A stretch of DNA of 57,924 nucleotides from Candidatus Hodarchaeota archaeon (GCA_029856365.1 JAHQWW010000011.1:1-57924), one strand, 5' to 3'; counted from the first letter of the stretch, positions 19,960-29,751 are shown. The notes: generated from the letters alone by a model not told the origin. A program made the numbers and translations.

Positions 19960-20036
19960 ATGTAACCTTTTTGAATCCAAATAATGGATAACATTAAAAA
20001 TTATAATACTAATGGAAAATCTAATATGTGAAAGAA

Positions 20037-21044
20037 ATGATGTGGAATTCACGAGAACGAGTAATGGCTGCTTTTAAACATCAAGAAGCAGATTGTGTTC
20101 CGCTTTTTGAGGCTTGGATTGACCCACCAATAATTGATGCTTTAGGAGGAGATTCTTATGTCGCTCGTGAGAAACTTGACCTTGATTGTATGCCCATTGG
20201 ATTACATCCTAAGAACACCAAAGCATACGGAGATGGAATAGATGAATGGGGTCGTATTTTTAAAAGGGGTCATTATCAAGGAGGAGTAGTAAACTCGGAG
20301 GAAAGCCTAGAAAAATATACAGCTCCAACTTCACACGCACAAGATTGGTTTCCATTAGACAAGGTAAAAGAGGTCAAACGGAAATATGCTGAAAATTATG
20401 CTTTTTTCTTTGCTTGGCATGATTGCTCTCTAGGATTAGCTTATTTGAGTATGGGACTAGAAAATTTCTTTATTTCATTATATGATCAACCTGAATTAGT
20501 AAAAGCAGCAATTGAAAGGAGTACTGAATGGACAATTGCACTAGTTGATCAAGCTAACCAAGCTGAGGTCGATTTCATTATTCTCGGAGATGATGCTGCA
20601 GAAAACTCACGACCAATGATATCACCAGATTTATTCCGCAAATTAATCTTTCCTGAATATAAGAAGATCGTGAGAGCATCTAATGTCCCAATAATTTGGC
20701 ATAGCGATGGCCATATTACTCCACTACTCCCAATGATCATTGAAGCAGGTTTCGCGGGAGTACACTCATTAGAATCTAAAGCAAATATTGATTTGGCTGA
20801 AATCAAGAGCCAATACGGTGATAGACTAGTTTTAGCAGGCAACTTAGATACCACAGAAATTCTTTGTCAAGGAAATCTAGATCTTGTTAGAAAAGATGTT
20901 GAACGATGTATAAGACAAGGCGCTCCAGGAGGAGGGTATCTGTTCTCATCTAGCAACAGTTTATTTGAGGGTCATAATATAAAAGCAGTTATGGAGGCTT
21001 ATCGCTATGCTAAGGCAATAGGAGGGTACCCGATTAGTTTCTAA
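20037..21044 (+). CDS. Uroporphyrinogen decarboxylase/MtaA-CmuA (URO-D/CIMS) family protein
   Basis: SRERVMAAF, DEWG, GDD..MISPDLFR, WHSDG, GNLD and GGGYLFSSSNS. Confidence 0.85.
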   Translation: MMWNSRERVMAAFKHQEADCVPLFEAWIDPPIIDALGGDSYVAREKLDLDCMPIGLHPKNTKAYGDGIDEWGRIFKRGHYQGGVVNSEESLEKYTAPTSHAQDWFPLDKVKEVKRKYAENYAFFFAWHDCSLGLAYLSMGLENFFISLYDQPELVKAAIERSTEWTIALVDQANQAEVDFIILGDDAAENSRPMISPDLFRKLIFPEYKKIVRASNVPIIWHSDGHITPLLPMIIEAGFAGVHSLESKANIDLAEIKSQYGDRLVLAGNLDTTEILCQGNLDLVRKDVERCIRQGAPGGGYLFSSSNSLFEGHNIKAVMEAYRYAKAIGGYPISF

Positions 21045-22606
21045 TTTTCTTTTCTCTTTTTTATCCTCGCATAAAACAGAAATTCTTCCTTTCCAGGGAT
21101 AAGTTCAATTTCCTGATCCTCAGTTAATTCAATTTTTTCTAGAATTTCGTCGGGAACTTCAATGTGTTTATCCTTCATTTTTACGATTTTTGAAGGTATT
21201 TTCCTTCCTGTTACTGGAACACCCCGAATTCTGTCACGTATGTTTTCCTGAAATGATACTGCATTTCGGATTCCTTTCTCAACAACTTTTTCAAATTCCT
21301 CAGGTGAATCAAATCCCATCCTTGATGTTATTATGTTTGGATCCAATAATTCGACTTGCTTTTTCCTTTTGATTCTTTCCCATTCGTTAATAGGAATTCT
21401 ATGTATAGAGAAGATATTAATGTTCTTTTTACTACTACCTGTGTCTACTGACTTGGTTTTTAGCTTAAATTGTACTTTTGATTTGTTTTTCATTTGAATT
21501 TTTTCGTTATTAGCGAATGATTTGCTAAATTGTAACTTCAGGTTGGCTAGGAAAACCCCTGTTGTTTTTTCTAATGTATCAGTAAAAGGGAATTTTAACA
21601 ATATGTCTCCTGTATTATAATTAATAATCCTAGTTTCCTTTTTAATACTAATGCGTTCTGATACTTGATAAAATTCCTGTAGATTGCTAGCTTCAAACTG
21701 TTTAAGCTCCTCGAATACTTTTGGGATAATTACTTTGCTATCTTCTATAACATCTTCGGTTCTTGATCTAATGACTCCACTATCCAAGATAATCTTTGAT
21801 ACTGCAGTAGTAAATGATGTTATTCCCATTGTTAATGAAAAAGCTATCAATCCTGCAGATAATAAGTCCAATGGGAGAATATCGATGATTAGAAAAAAAA
21901 TTACCAAGAAACTCCATTTCAGTGTTTGTAATGGTCCATCAATTGTTTTGAAAAATAATTGTATGGGGTCTAGAATAATATCAGCAATAGGTAATTTAAT
22001 AAGACGAATGTATTGTAATATGAGCTCTGTAAAGCCTATTAATAAAAATATAATATCCACATATGGTTTTATTACTCTTAATTCTTCTAAAAGAGTCAGG
22101 ATTTCAAGGATAACTGCCAATTTCCAAAAATTAAGGATAAAGTAGGAGATAAGAGGAGGAAAACCGAATATGATTTCCTCAAATGTTTTAGAAGCTGGAA
22201 TTGCAAACCAAATGAAGAAAATTAAGACTAGGTAAAAAATTAAGAGCTGATTAACAGTGAGATTTATTTCAGGAACTAATGCTATTTGATAAGTTTTGTT
22301 AGGATAGCTTAAATGAACAATAAACCAAGAAATAACGTAACCAACAATGCTTCCTCCACTTACTTCACCTGCGGCCAAAGATCTCAGTTTTCTTGATTGA
22401 AGTCTTGTTCCAAGTGAGATTATGAAACCAATTCCTCCGAGTAGTACTAGTTGAATTGGTTCAATGATAGGCCGTAGAAAAACACTTAGCACCCAGATTA
22501 CATTTACAAATATCCCTAATCCTGCTAATCTGCTTCTATATTCTTTATTATTTGTTGGACTCCATATTTGTTGTCCAAATAATTTCACATCATACTCTCT
22601 TGACAA
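21041..22606 (-). CDS. Polytopic membrane protein with cytoplasmic domain and C-terminal AbrB/MazE-like segment
   Basis: About 8-9 hydrophobic helices in residues 25-275, then a soluble half ending HIEVPDEILEKIELTEDQEIELIPG. Confidence 0.6.
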   Translation of the reverse strand: MSREYDVKLFGQQIWSPTNNKEYRSRLAGLGIFVNVIWVLSVFLRPIIEPIQLVLLGGIGFIISLGTRLQSRKLRSLAAGEVSGGSIVGYVISWFIVHLSYPNKTYQIALVPEINLTVNQLLIFYLVLIFFIWFAIPASKTFEEIIFGFPPLISYFILNFWKLAVILEILTLLEELRVIKPYVDIIFLLIGFTELILQYIRLIKLPIADIILDPIQLFFKTIDGPLQTLKWSFLVIFFLIIDILPLDLLSAGLIAFSLTMGITSFTTAVSKIILDSGVIRSRTEDVIEDSKVIIPKVFEELKQFEASNLQEFYQVSERISIKKETRIINYNTGDILLKFPFTDTLEKTTGVFLANLKLQFSKSFANNEKIQMKNKSKVQFKLKTKSVDTGSSKKNINIFSIHRIPINEWERIKRKKQVELLDPNIITSRMGFDSPEEFEKVVEKGIRNAVSFQENIRDRIRGVPVTGRKIPSKIVKMKDKHIEVPDEILEKIELTEDQEIELIPGKEEFLFYARIKKRKEN

Positions 22607-22787
22607 CGATTGTTCCTCTATTTTAAGTTACAAACTCAGATTGATTCCTTAAGCCTCCGAAAGTCGTTCAACTCTGTAAAATGGACCTTTTGAAAAGCTT
22701 TACCACTTTAACAAAATTATTTTTTAATCTCTTCTCGGTTGAGACAATTAGAGAAGCAATGATAGCATAAATCCATGTTTTTATTAT

Positions 22788-23615
22788 TCATAATTTAGGG
22801 GAAGTTTTGCCTGTTTCTATAAGGTGCATAATGAGAACCACTGATAATAAAATACAAGCAGCAAATACCACTCCAATAATTCCTGATTCTGGTGTCCAAC
22901 TTGATTGTCCTAGTAGCCATTCTGGTACATTCCTCGTAATGTCAAAAAAGGTTGTTATCAAAGTAAAGGAAAAATTATAAGCAAAATGAAAACCAATACA
23001 GAAGAACAAAGTATTCTGTGATTTTATAAATCCTATACCAAGGCCTATTCCCCAGATTGTCAACGTGATCATCCCAAGTAATAAGTGAAATGGGGATAAC
23101 TCAGATTCAATAAACATATTTGGGAAGTGTAACATAGCCCATAATATTGAGGATACAACAATTCCTACCTTATCTGAATATTTTTGCTTAAATATTTGCA
23201 GATAGTAACCTCTGAAGACTATTTCTTCTGTTAATATTATTGCAAGTATTCTAATGCTACCTAATAGCGTAAATATTGCCATTTCGCGTGAAAATGGTTT
23301 TGGTAATAATGTAACCAAATTTAAAATTATTTCTGACACGAATAATGAAGGAACTAATATCATTGCTTGAATTAAGCCCATCGCTAATAATATTACCCAC
23401 TTTTCATTCTTATGGAACCCTAATTCAGTTATTGACTTTTCATCCCGCTGCCAAAATAAAATTGCTCCCAAAATAAGGATAATTAGTGAAAGAATGTTTA
23501 AAAAGGAGAAAATAGGGTAGAGAAACCCTAACAATAACATAATCAAAACAATAATATATAGCAAAACTGCCTTAATCATAATAAATTGGTTCCTATGAAT
23601 TCTCTTCACTGGCAT
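22788..23615 (-). CDS. CPBP (Abi/CAAX type II) intramembrane glutamic protease
   Basis: EEIVFRG (EExxxR), WAMLH (FxxxH) and HFAYN (HxxxN), plus a late PESG. Confidence 0.9.
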   Translation of the reverse strand: MPVKRIHRNQFIMIKAVLLYIIVLIMLLLGFLYPIFSFLNILSLIILILGAILFWQRDEKSITELGFHKNEKWVILLAMGLIQAMILVPSLFVSEIILNLVTLLPKPFSREMAIFTLLGSIRILAIILTEEIVFRGYYLQIFKQKYSDKVGIVVSSILWAMLHFPNMFIESELSPFHLLLGMITLTIWGIGLGIGFIKSQNTLFFCIGFHFAYNFSFTLITTFFDITRNVPEWLLGQSSWTPESGIIGVVFAACILLSVVLIMHLIETGKTSPKL

Positions 23616-23631
23616 AATTTCATCTTGATTC

Positions 23632-24663
23632 TCAAATATGAAAGTAAAATTCTCTTGGTTTAAGTTCTTTGATCTTATTAGTCTCTATTACAATTTTTCT
23701 TCTAATGTCAGTACATAAATGACATTTAGAAATATATCCATCAGAATTCTCCCTAAAATCGAAATTCTCAACTGAGTAATCATAAAGATCTTTCATGTTT
23801 CCTAAGATTAGACATCTAAAGACTGGAAAATCATCAAGGTTAATACCCTCATTACATAAAGAATCCAAGTTTCTAATATTCCCCCAAGAAAGGCCACCAC
23901 AATAGCCTGGCATATAATTTCGATAATTATCAAAATGATTGTGCCAGTTTCGTACTAAGTCTAATTGGCAATTTTCTTTGAAGAAGAAATTTGACGGGTG
24001 TTTTTTGTAAAAATCTTGAAGTTTATAGGCAGCCCTACCCATTTGAAACAATTCAACTTTTTTCTGTAAATCATTAATGTCCACTTTCCTCAAATACTGT
24101 TCAATTGAAAATTTTTCTTTAATACCTAGACTTTTGAATTGATAATAGTAGTATTTTTGATAAATCATTACGTTATTACCGAAAATGTCTTTACTTTTCT
24201 TGATGGCTCTCTCTGTATGCTCAAACGGGATATGTTCCAAGATGAAAGGGTTAACACTAATCAGAATGCCTTTCAAGCCGTTTCTTCTTAATTCATTTAA
24301 TTTTTCTTTGGTAATTTCATCATTTTTACACCAATAGCAATTAGTTTCTACAAAAAGGGAGGGAATTTTCAATTCATTTCCAAGTTGTATGCTTTTCAGC
24401 AGAATATTATAATTTAGAAATGGTTCACCACCAGTTATATGAAGACCATAATTGAGACTTACATTTTCAGATCCATAAGGAGAAGGTTTAATGAATTCCG
24501 ATAGTTTTTCTAAAATGATTTCTAAATCTTTTTCACTGATCCAGATATTCTCCCATTTTGGGGTACCAAAATACATACAATGCTTACACTCCCCGCTACA
24601 TCGATAGGAAAGAATTAATCCCCCAGAAAATGGTTTAGGAACTAATAATTTTTTCAATATCAT
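23632..24663 (-). CDS. Radical SAM protein
   Basis: CSGECKHC (CxxxCxxC), TGGEPFL and ETNCYW. C-terminal Cys residues (GYCGG, KCHLC) suggest an auxiliary cluster. Confidence 0.9.
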   Translation of the reverse strand: MILKKLLVPKPFSGGLILSYRCSGECKHCMYFGTPKWENIWISEKDLEIILEKLSEFIKPSPYGSENVSLNYGLHITGGEPFLNYNILLKSIQLGNELKIPSLFVETNCYWCKNDEITKEKLNELRRNGLKGILISVNPFILEHIPFEHTERAIKKSKDIFGNNVMIYQKYYYYQFKSLGIKEKFSIEQYLRKVDINDLQKKVELFQMGRAAYKLQDFYKKHPSNFFFKENCQLDLVRNWHNHFDNYRNYMPGYCGGLSWGNIRNLDSLCNEGINLDDFPVFRCLILGNMKDLYDYSVENFDFRENSDGYISKCHLCTDIRRKIVIETNKIKELKPREFYFHI

Positions 24664-24770
24664 TCTTTTTGGGTATAAAATCAGATGTGTAAAATAAAGT
24701 TGCCCTCAAGAAAAAAGATGAAAGGAATATTGGTATGTAAAAATAAAAAAAAAGGAAAGAAAGATTAACT

Positions 24771-25865
24771 TTATTTTTTCCTTTTAGATTTCATCAGAAT
24801 CGCTGCAAAGGCAAAAATTAAGGGGAGAATCATGAATCCAGGTATGTTTGATGTTTCACTTGTAGTCTCCTCAACATCCTCCTCTGTAATTGTCCAAAGA
24901 CTGAAATGAGTTGTATTGCAATAAAGTGTATCTCCTTCTAACCACTGATGTTTAGGTGCTTCCCATGTCTTAGAAGATTCATTATAAAACATAAACTTAA
25001 GTTTTTCCATGTTTTTAACGCCTAATTGATTCTTTATTTGATTTGTAAATGTATAGGAAAAATTTGCTTGAATCTGAGCAGAATTGTTCATTTCAATAGC
25101 AATTGTTTGTGTCCGAATCTGATGTTGTTTTTGCTTCATAGCTTGAGGAGATTTCTCATACTCTGTAACAGTCATCTCTGAACTCTGATTTAATTTAAGT
25201 TGGAGAGAAAAGCCACTTTGTGTCTGGATTTGGTACCGATGGCCAGCCTGAACCGCAAATCCTGTTCCATTCTGACAATTAAATGGTGTCCCTGGGGTCG
25301 GGTTACGATCAGGGCTTTCGTCACTTTCAGGTGAAAGAATAGTCCAAATACTGAAATGTGATGTGCTGCAGAAAACAGATGCCCCGTCAGATGTTATTTC
25401 AACCCAATTTTGATGAGCATATTGCCATTGAAATCTGGAGGTGTTATAAAAGGCCCATCTAAAAGTTGATACATTACCAAGTCCAGTAAGTTCATTATTA
25501 GTATAGTTCCTATACATAGTTGCATTCATATCACATGTACCATTTAGTTCAATGTGCATGTATCGATTTACAGCACGAGTTTGGTTTGGCAATGGGCCTG
25601 CAGAGTTTGTTTCTGATTCATTAATTCGAATTCTAGCACTTTCATTCGTGCGGATCCTGATGTGATTTCCAGACATAGTCCTTATTTGAGTTCTATTTCC
25701 AGCTGTAATATTGATTTTCTCTCCGTTACCTGAAGTTACCCAAGGCTCATCAGGGGGATCAGCTGTAATTGAAGTTGTGTCAGCTGCCACAGGAGCCGAA
25801 AAGTATACTCCAAGAAGACTGAGAGTCAATAAGAAATAAATTAAGTTTTTTATTCTCATGATCAT
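24771..25865 (-). CDS. Secreted surface glycoprotein with two tandem HFS-motif (GAIN/ZU5/PGF-pre-PGF-like) domains and PGF-type C-terminal anchor
   Basis: Signal peptide ending APVAA, two repeats with a 150-aa period ending CSTSHFSIWTI and CNTTHFSLWTI, about 16 N-x-S/T sequons, and the tail IPGF-hydrophobic-KSKRKK. Confidence 0.8.
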   Translation of the reverse strand: MIMRIKNLIYFLLTLSLLGVYFSAPVAADTTSITADPPDEPWVTSGNGEKINITAGNRTQIRTMSGNHIRIRTNESARIRINESETNSAGPLPNQTRAVNRYMHIELNGTCDMNATMYRNYTNNELTGLGNVSTFRWAFYNTSRFQWQYAHQNWVEITSDGASVFCSTSHFSIWTILSPESDESPDRNPTPGTPFNCQNGTGFAVQAGHRYQIQTQSGFSLQLKLNQSSEMTVTEYEKSPQAMKQKQHQIRTQTIAIEMNNSAQIQANFSYTFTNQIKNQLGVKNMEKLKFMFYNESSKTWEAPKHQWLEGDTLYCNTTHFSLWTITEEDVEETTSETSNIPGFMILPLIFAFAAILMKSKRKK

Positions 25866-26184
25866 TCACCAATTAATAAAATTGAGAAGTCAATTAGCTT
25901 CAATCACTCCATATTTAATTTATTTGAGGAACACTTTTTTGGGAGGCTGATTAATTATAATAGACTTTCTTTCCCCTTGTAAATTTATAACATCTATTAA
26001 TTCCCAGATTAATTGGTTTTGAGTCTAATAGATCGAAAAAATCCCGCATTTTCAATTAATAATTTTTTGAAATTTGAATCCAGTCAAGGAGTCACCTTTT
26101 TAAGAAAATCTCTCTATATGGAAGACAAGTATAATCAAGAAGACTTTAAAAGATCTGAAAATGCGATCAAAACCATTTAGAAAT

Positions 26185-27693
26185 TTAATTCGTTTTATTA
26201 CGTCTTTTTATCGCTTCCGCTAAAACTTTGTATTTCGCTGGCTTAAGAAAATATCGTTCACCTTTGAGTTCTATCAAATTTATGCTTTGAAATTTCTTTG
26301 TATGATAACGAATTGACTCTTTCGAAGATCCTAAATAGTCTGTCAACGCATCGAGATCCCAAGAATTCATTTCTTGGAAAGCTTTCGCGACCCTAAAGCC
26401 TACTCCAGAGATTATAGCAAAATACAGTTCTAAGAAATCAGGAGCAGGTTCATTTCTTAGCAAATAAAAGATTTCATATTGACCAAAAACTTTCCTTTTA
26501 ATTATCCTGAAATCTTCTAATACTTGTAAATGCCATCGAAGGCCTGAAATTCCTATTTCTAATTCCCTTTTTAATTCACGGAAGTGTAAAAAGTCCCTTT
26601 CTTCAAGTATATTAATAATCTGACTGCGGTATTGATTTTCAATAACATCATATTCGTCTATTCTTCTAACAACTGGGGGATAAAGTATTTGCCCTATTAA
26701 TAAAAGTGGTGAGAGGAAAATTATTGAAAACCAATCACGATCTTTGGGAATTTCCAGATCTTTAGGGTGCATTGCCCATTTACTAATTAAATAAGCTAAT
26801 CCAAGGAATAAAGATGTCACAGAGACAAGAGCTACTCCTGCTTGAACAGTTTCTTCAGAAATGTTGAACAATGGTAATAGTGGGGGATCGGAAGATTGTT
26901 TGACCTCTGAGCTTGATTGAGGTGTTGAGGCTTCAGAAAATTCGATTCCAAAGGTGATAACTGATGTTAAAAATTGATTGAAAGAGGAATATGATGAATT
27001 ATACTCTTTAAGTGATAAAGGAATAGCGAAAATGAATCCCGCCTGTTTCACAAATCCTGTTATTGTTGTTTTACCTTCTGGAGTAGTTTGACTTGTAGCA
27101 ATGCTATAAGAATCATCAATAGTAGAAACAATACCAAGACTACCTTGAATCTCTAAGGTTGAATGTAGATCAAAATGAAACGGAACTTTCGTGAAGGTGT
27201 CATTCATTATCGTTAATGTTATATTTCCGACAGTATTACCAGGTGGCCATTCTTTTAGACCAGAACTTATGTTTAAGCCTAACAAAGTGTGAAAAGGTGT
27301 TGGAAAACGCCATATTTGAGGAGAAATTATTGTGAAAACTCCCCCTTCCTGGACGAATTTTTCGATACCATTCACAACTGTTTCATTAAATGGGGAGGTT
27401 ACTTGATTCAGAATCATTATTATTTGAGAGTAAGTATTCAGGAAGTTTTGATCGAAAAATAAACCATTTAAGTCTTCAGAAGTCTGAATGTCAAATATCT
27501 CACCGTTTGAATTCAAAGATCGGTTTAAAGCTGTTGCTAAGGCATTATCAGCATTATTTTCCACAAGAAAGAGAGTCTCTCCCTTTTGAATAGATCCACC
27601 TGATTTCCAAGTAGGTCGTGCTTCAATGAAAAGAAAGAGGAAGATAATTGCCGTCAGTAATATGTAATTCTTTGCGATATATCGAAATTTCAC
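26185..27693 (-). CDS. Membrane-anchored transcriptional regulator (extracellular domain, TM, tandem winged HTH; COG3398-like)
   Basis: Signal/TM at the N-terminus, an alpha/beta ectodomain (IEKFVQEGG), TM near residues 285-305, then DVIENQYRSQII..LHFRELKRELEIGISGLRWHLQVLE and a second HTH LTDYLGSSKESIRYH. Confidence 0.8.
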   Translation of the reverse strand: MKFRYIAKNYILLTAIIFLFLFIEARPTWKSGGSIQKGETLFLVENNADNALATALNRSLNSNGEIFDIQTSEDLNGLFFDQNFLNTYSQIIMILNQVTSPFNETVVNGIEKFVQEGGVFTIISPQIWRFPTPFHTLLGLNISSGLKEWPPGNTVGNITLTIMNDTFTKVPFHFDLHSTLEIQGSLGIVSTIDDSYSIATSQTTPEGKTTITGFVKQAGFIFAIPLSLKEYNSSYSSFNQFLTSVITFGIEFSEASTPQSSSEVKQSSDPPLLPLFNISEETVQAGVALVSVTSLFLGLAYLISKWAMHPKDLEIPKDRDWFSIIFLSPLLLIGQILYPPVVRRIDEYDVIENQYRSQIINILEERDFLHFRELKRELEIGISGLRWHLQVLEDFRIIKRKVFGQYEIFYLLRNEPAPDFLELYFAIISGVGFRVAKAFQEMNSWDLDALTDYLGSSKESIRYHTKKFQSINLIELKGERYFLKPAKYKVLAEAIKRRNKTN

Positions 27694-27954
27694 ATAAGAA
27701 CCTCTTCTCTTCTCTCATTTGATCTTAAATTTTAAGAATATTTTTGATTATTGGATCACTTTTTTTGGGGTCACATTAATAGCATACAAATAATTCAATA
27801 ATATGTAAAAAATGTAAGAGATGAAGAAAAATTGATGAATTGCCAATGAGTAAAACATGTCAATTATTGTTCTAGGAGATTCATCCAACTTCAAAGCAAG
27901 CACATTTAAGAGAAGATATCTATCAAAGCCTTTCCATGTAAGGATGTTATTTAA

Positions 27955-28473
27955 ATGGATTTATTCCTTTTATTCCAGCACGGATTGATCTATGGAGCGA
28001 TTCTAAGTGTTGTATTAAGCGTCCTTATCATAATTAGTATGTACATTAATGCAGAAATCTGGGCATCAGATTATCCTCCTGATATCCAAGAAAATTATAT
28101 CCCCGTTAGTGAAAAAACTCAAAAACAAAAAATTGTTGTTTCAATCGCTTTTTTAGGGATAATATTTGGATTAATCGGACTAGCTATAATGCATTTTGAT
28201 TTGATGATAGAAAGGGAGTTATCTTTCTTAGATGCTTTCTGTATCATCTTTGTGATGTTGTTGTGTTTTAATTTGATTGATTTACTAGTCTTGGATTGGC
28301 TCTTCTTTATAAATATTCAACCAAATTTTATTGTCCTACCAGGAACTGAAGGACTAAAAGGTTATGATGACTACTACTTTCATTTCCGAGGATTTTTGAT
28401 AGGTATGGTCATTATATCTGTAGCCAGTTTGTTGTTTGCTGGTATTTTGACCGTTTTGTCTGTATTTCTCTAA
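27955..28473 (+). CDS. Four-TM hypothetical membrane protein
   Basis: Four hydrophobic helices with conserved-looking motifs DYPPDIQ, NLIDLLVLDW and LPGTEG..GYDDYYFH. Confidence 0.7.
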   Translation: MDLFLLFQHGLIYGAILSVVLSVLIIISMYINAEIWASDYPPDIQENYIPVSEKTQKQKIVVSIAFLGIIFGLIGLAIMHFDLMIERELSFLDAFCIIFVMLLCFNLIDLLVLDWLFFINIQPNFIVLPGTEGLKGYDDYYFHFRGFLIGMVIISVASLLFAGILTVLSVFL

Positions 28474-28548
28474 TTTTAGGAGTTTTTGCTTGAAATTGTG
28501 AATAAATATTAATGATTCTAATAAAAGAAAACACAGGAGCTAATTTTA

Positions 28549-29751
28549 ATGGTCGAGAAATATGATGTGGTAGTAGTAGGTGCAGGTCCAGCCGGGAGTG
28601 TGGCTGCTATAAAAGCTGCTGAAGGGGGAGCTAAAACGTTAATCTTGGAGAGGTGTAATCTCCCTCGATTTAAACTCTGCGGTGGTGGGGTGGCAAATTG
28701 GGTTGTCAGACGTCTGAATATACCTGAAGAAGTACTCCAGAGAAGATATGATGTTCTATCATTCTTCACACCTCCGAATTATGATCGTTACGATATTGAA
28801 CTTGGAACGACAAGTTATTTCGGAGTATATAGAGACGAATTTGATTATTATCTGACTTCAATGGCGATTAAGAAAGGTGCAAAATTAAGAGAAAAAGCAA
28901 GAGTTACGGGAGTGATTAAGGAAGGGAAACAAGTGAAGGGAGTAGTAACTTCTGAAGGTGATAAATATCTAGCTGATGTAGTTATTGCGTGTGATGGAGC
29001 CTCCTCAAGAATATCAAAGTTATCTAGGCTGTGGACCAAATGGTTCCAAAATGTGGGAGAAAAATGGCAAGATCAGATGAGTTATTGCGTGGGTATTGAA
29101 GTAAAATTAGGAGAAAAAGTTATTAGTGAAAGATTCGGTAACTCTTACATGATTTTCACAGGGAAGGATATCGCACCATTAGGTTATGCTTGGTTGTTTC
29201 CTAAACGAGAGAATATTTCAGTCGGATTAGGTTCGATGGCAAAAACTCTAGAGAAGAAGCCAATGGATTATATGAACCATTTTTTAAGTCACAATCCAGT
29301 AGCTTCAGAGCTGCTGAAAGGAGGGGAAAGAGTTTTGTCAAGAGGAGCATGGTTGCCTGCTTGGAAACCAGGTGGAAGTGTCTACAAACCCAGTTTCGAT
29401 GAAGGATTGCTTATCGCTGGTGATGCTGCAGGTATGGTTTCCTCAATCACTGGCGAAGGAATTTATTACGCAGTTAGAGCTGGGATGGAGGCAGGTGTTA
29501 CAGCAGCAGAAGCTATAAATGAAGGTGATGTTTCGAGAGAGTTTCTCTCAAAATATCAAGAACGATGGGAAAGATCAATTGGTGTTGCTTTGGAATTTCA
29601 AGATCAAATTTTTCACGAAACTGTTGGAAAAATTCTCATCCTAGAGGATGAAAGGGAACGTGAGAACCAATATGAGAGGGGATTCATCGAGGCTTTTAGT
29701 ATGTTAATCGACTTTATTCAGGAATATGCTAAACAGAAAAAAAGAACTTAA
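28549..29751 (+). CDS. Geranylgeranyl reductase family FAD oxidoreductase (DGGR-like)
   Basis: VVGAGPAGS, PRFKLCGGG, R.EFD, ACDGA.S, GYAWLFPK and GDAAGMVS.ITGEGIYYA. Confidence 0.9.
   Translation: MVEKYDVVVVGAGPAGSVAAIKAAEGGAKTLILERCNLPRFKLCGGGVANWVVRRLNIPEEVLQRRYDVLSFFTPPNYDRYDIELGTTSYFGVYRDEFDYYLTSMAIKKGAKLREKARVTGVIKEGKQVKGVVTSEGDKYLADVVIACDGASSRISKLSRLWTKWFQNVGEKWQDQMSYCVGIEVKLGEKVISERFGNSYMIFTGKDIAPLGYAWLFPKRENISVGLGSMAKTLEKKPMDYMNHFLSHNPVASELLKGGERVLSRGAWLPAWKPGGSVYKPSFDEGLLIAGDAAGMVSSITGEGIYYAVRAGMEAGVTAAEAINEGDVSREFLSKYQERWERSIGVALEFQDQIFHETVGKILILEDERERENQYERGFIEAFSMLIDFIQEYAKQKKRT

Noticed and set aside
19960-20052. N-terminal extension of the kinase, giving a head-to-head overlap with the URO-D gene
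   Set aside because: The FGGY motif starts just after ATG 19947, and this interval is better read as the divergent promoter region.
22788-24663. Radical SAM plus CPBP as a RiPP/bacteriocin cluster
   Set aside because: No precursor peptide, RRE/PqqD domain or exporter is visible nearby.
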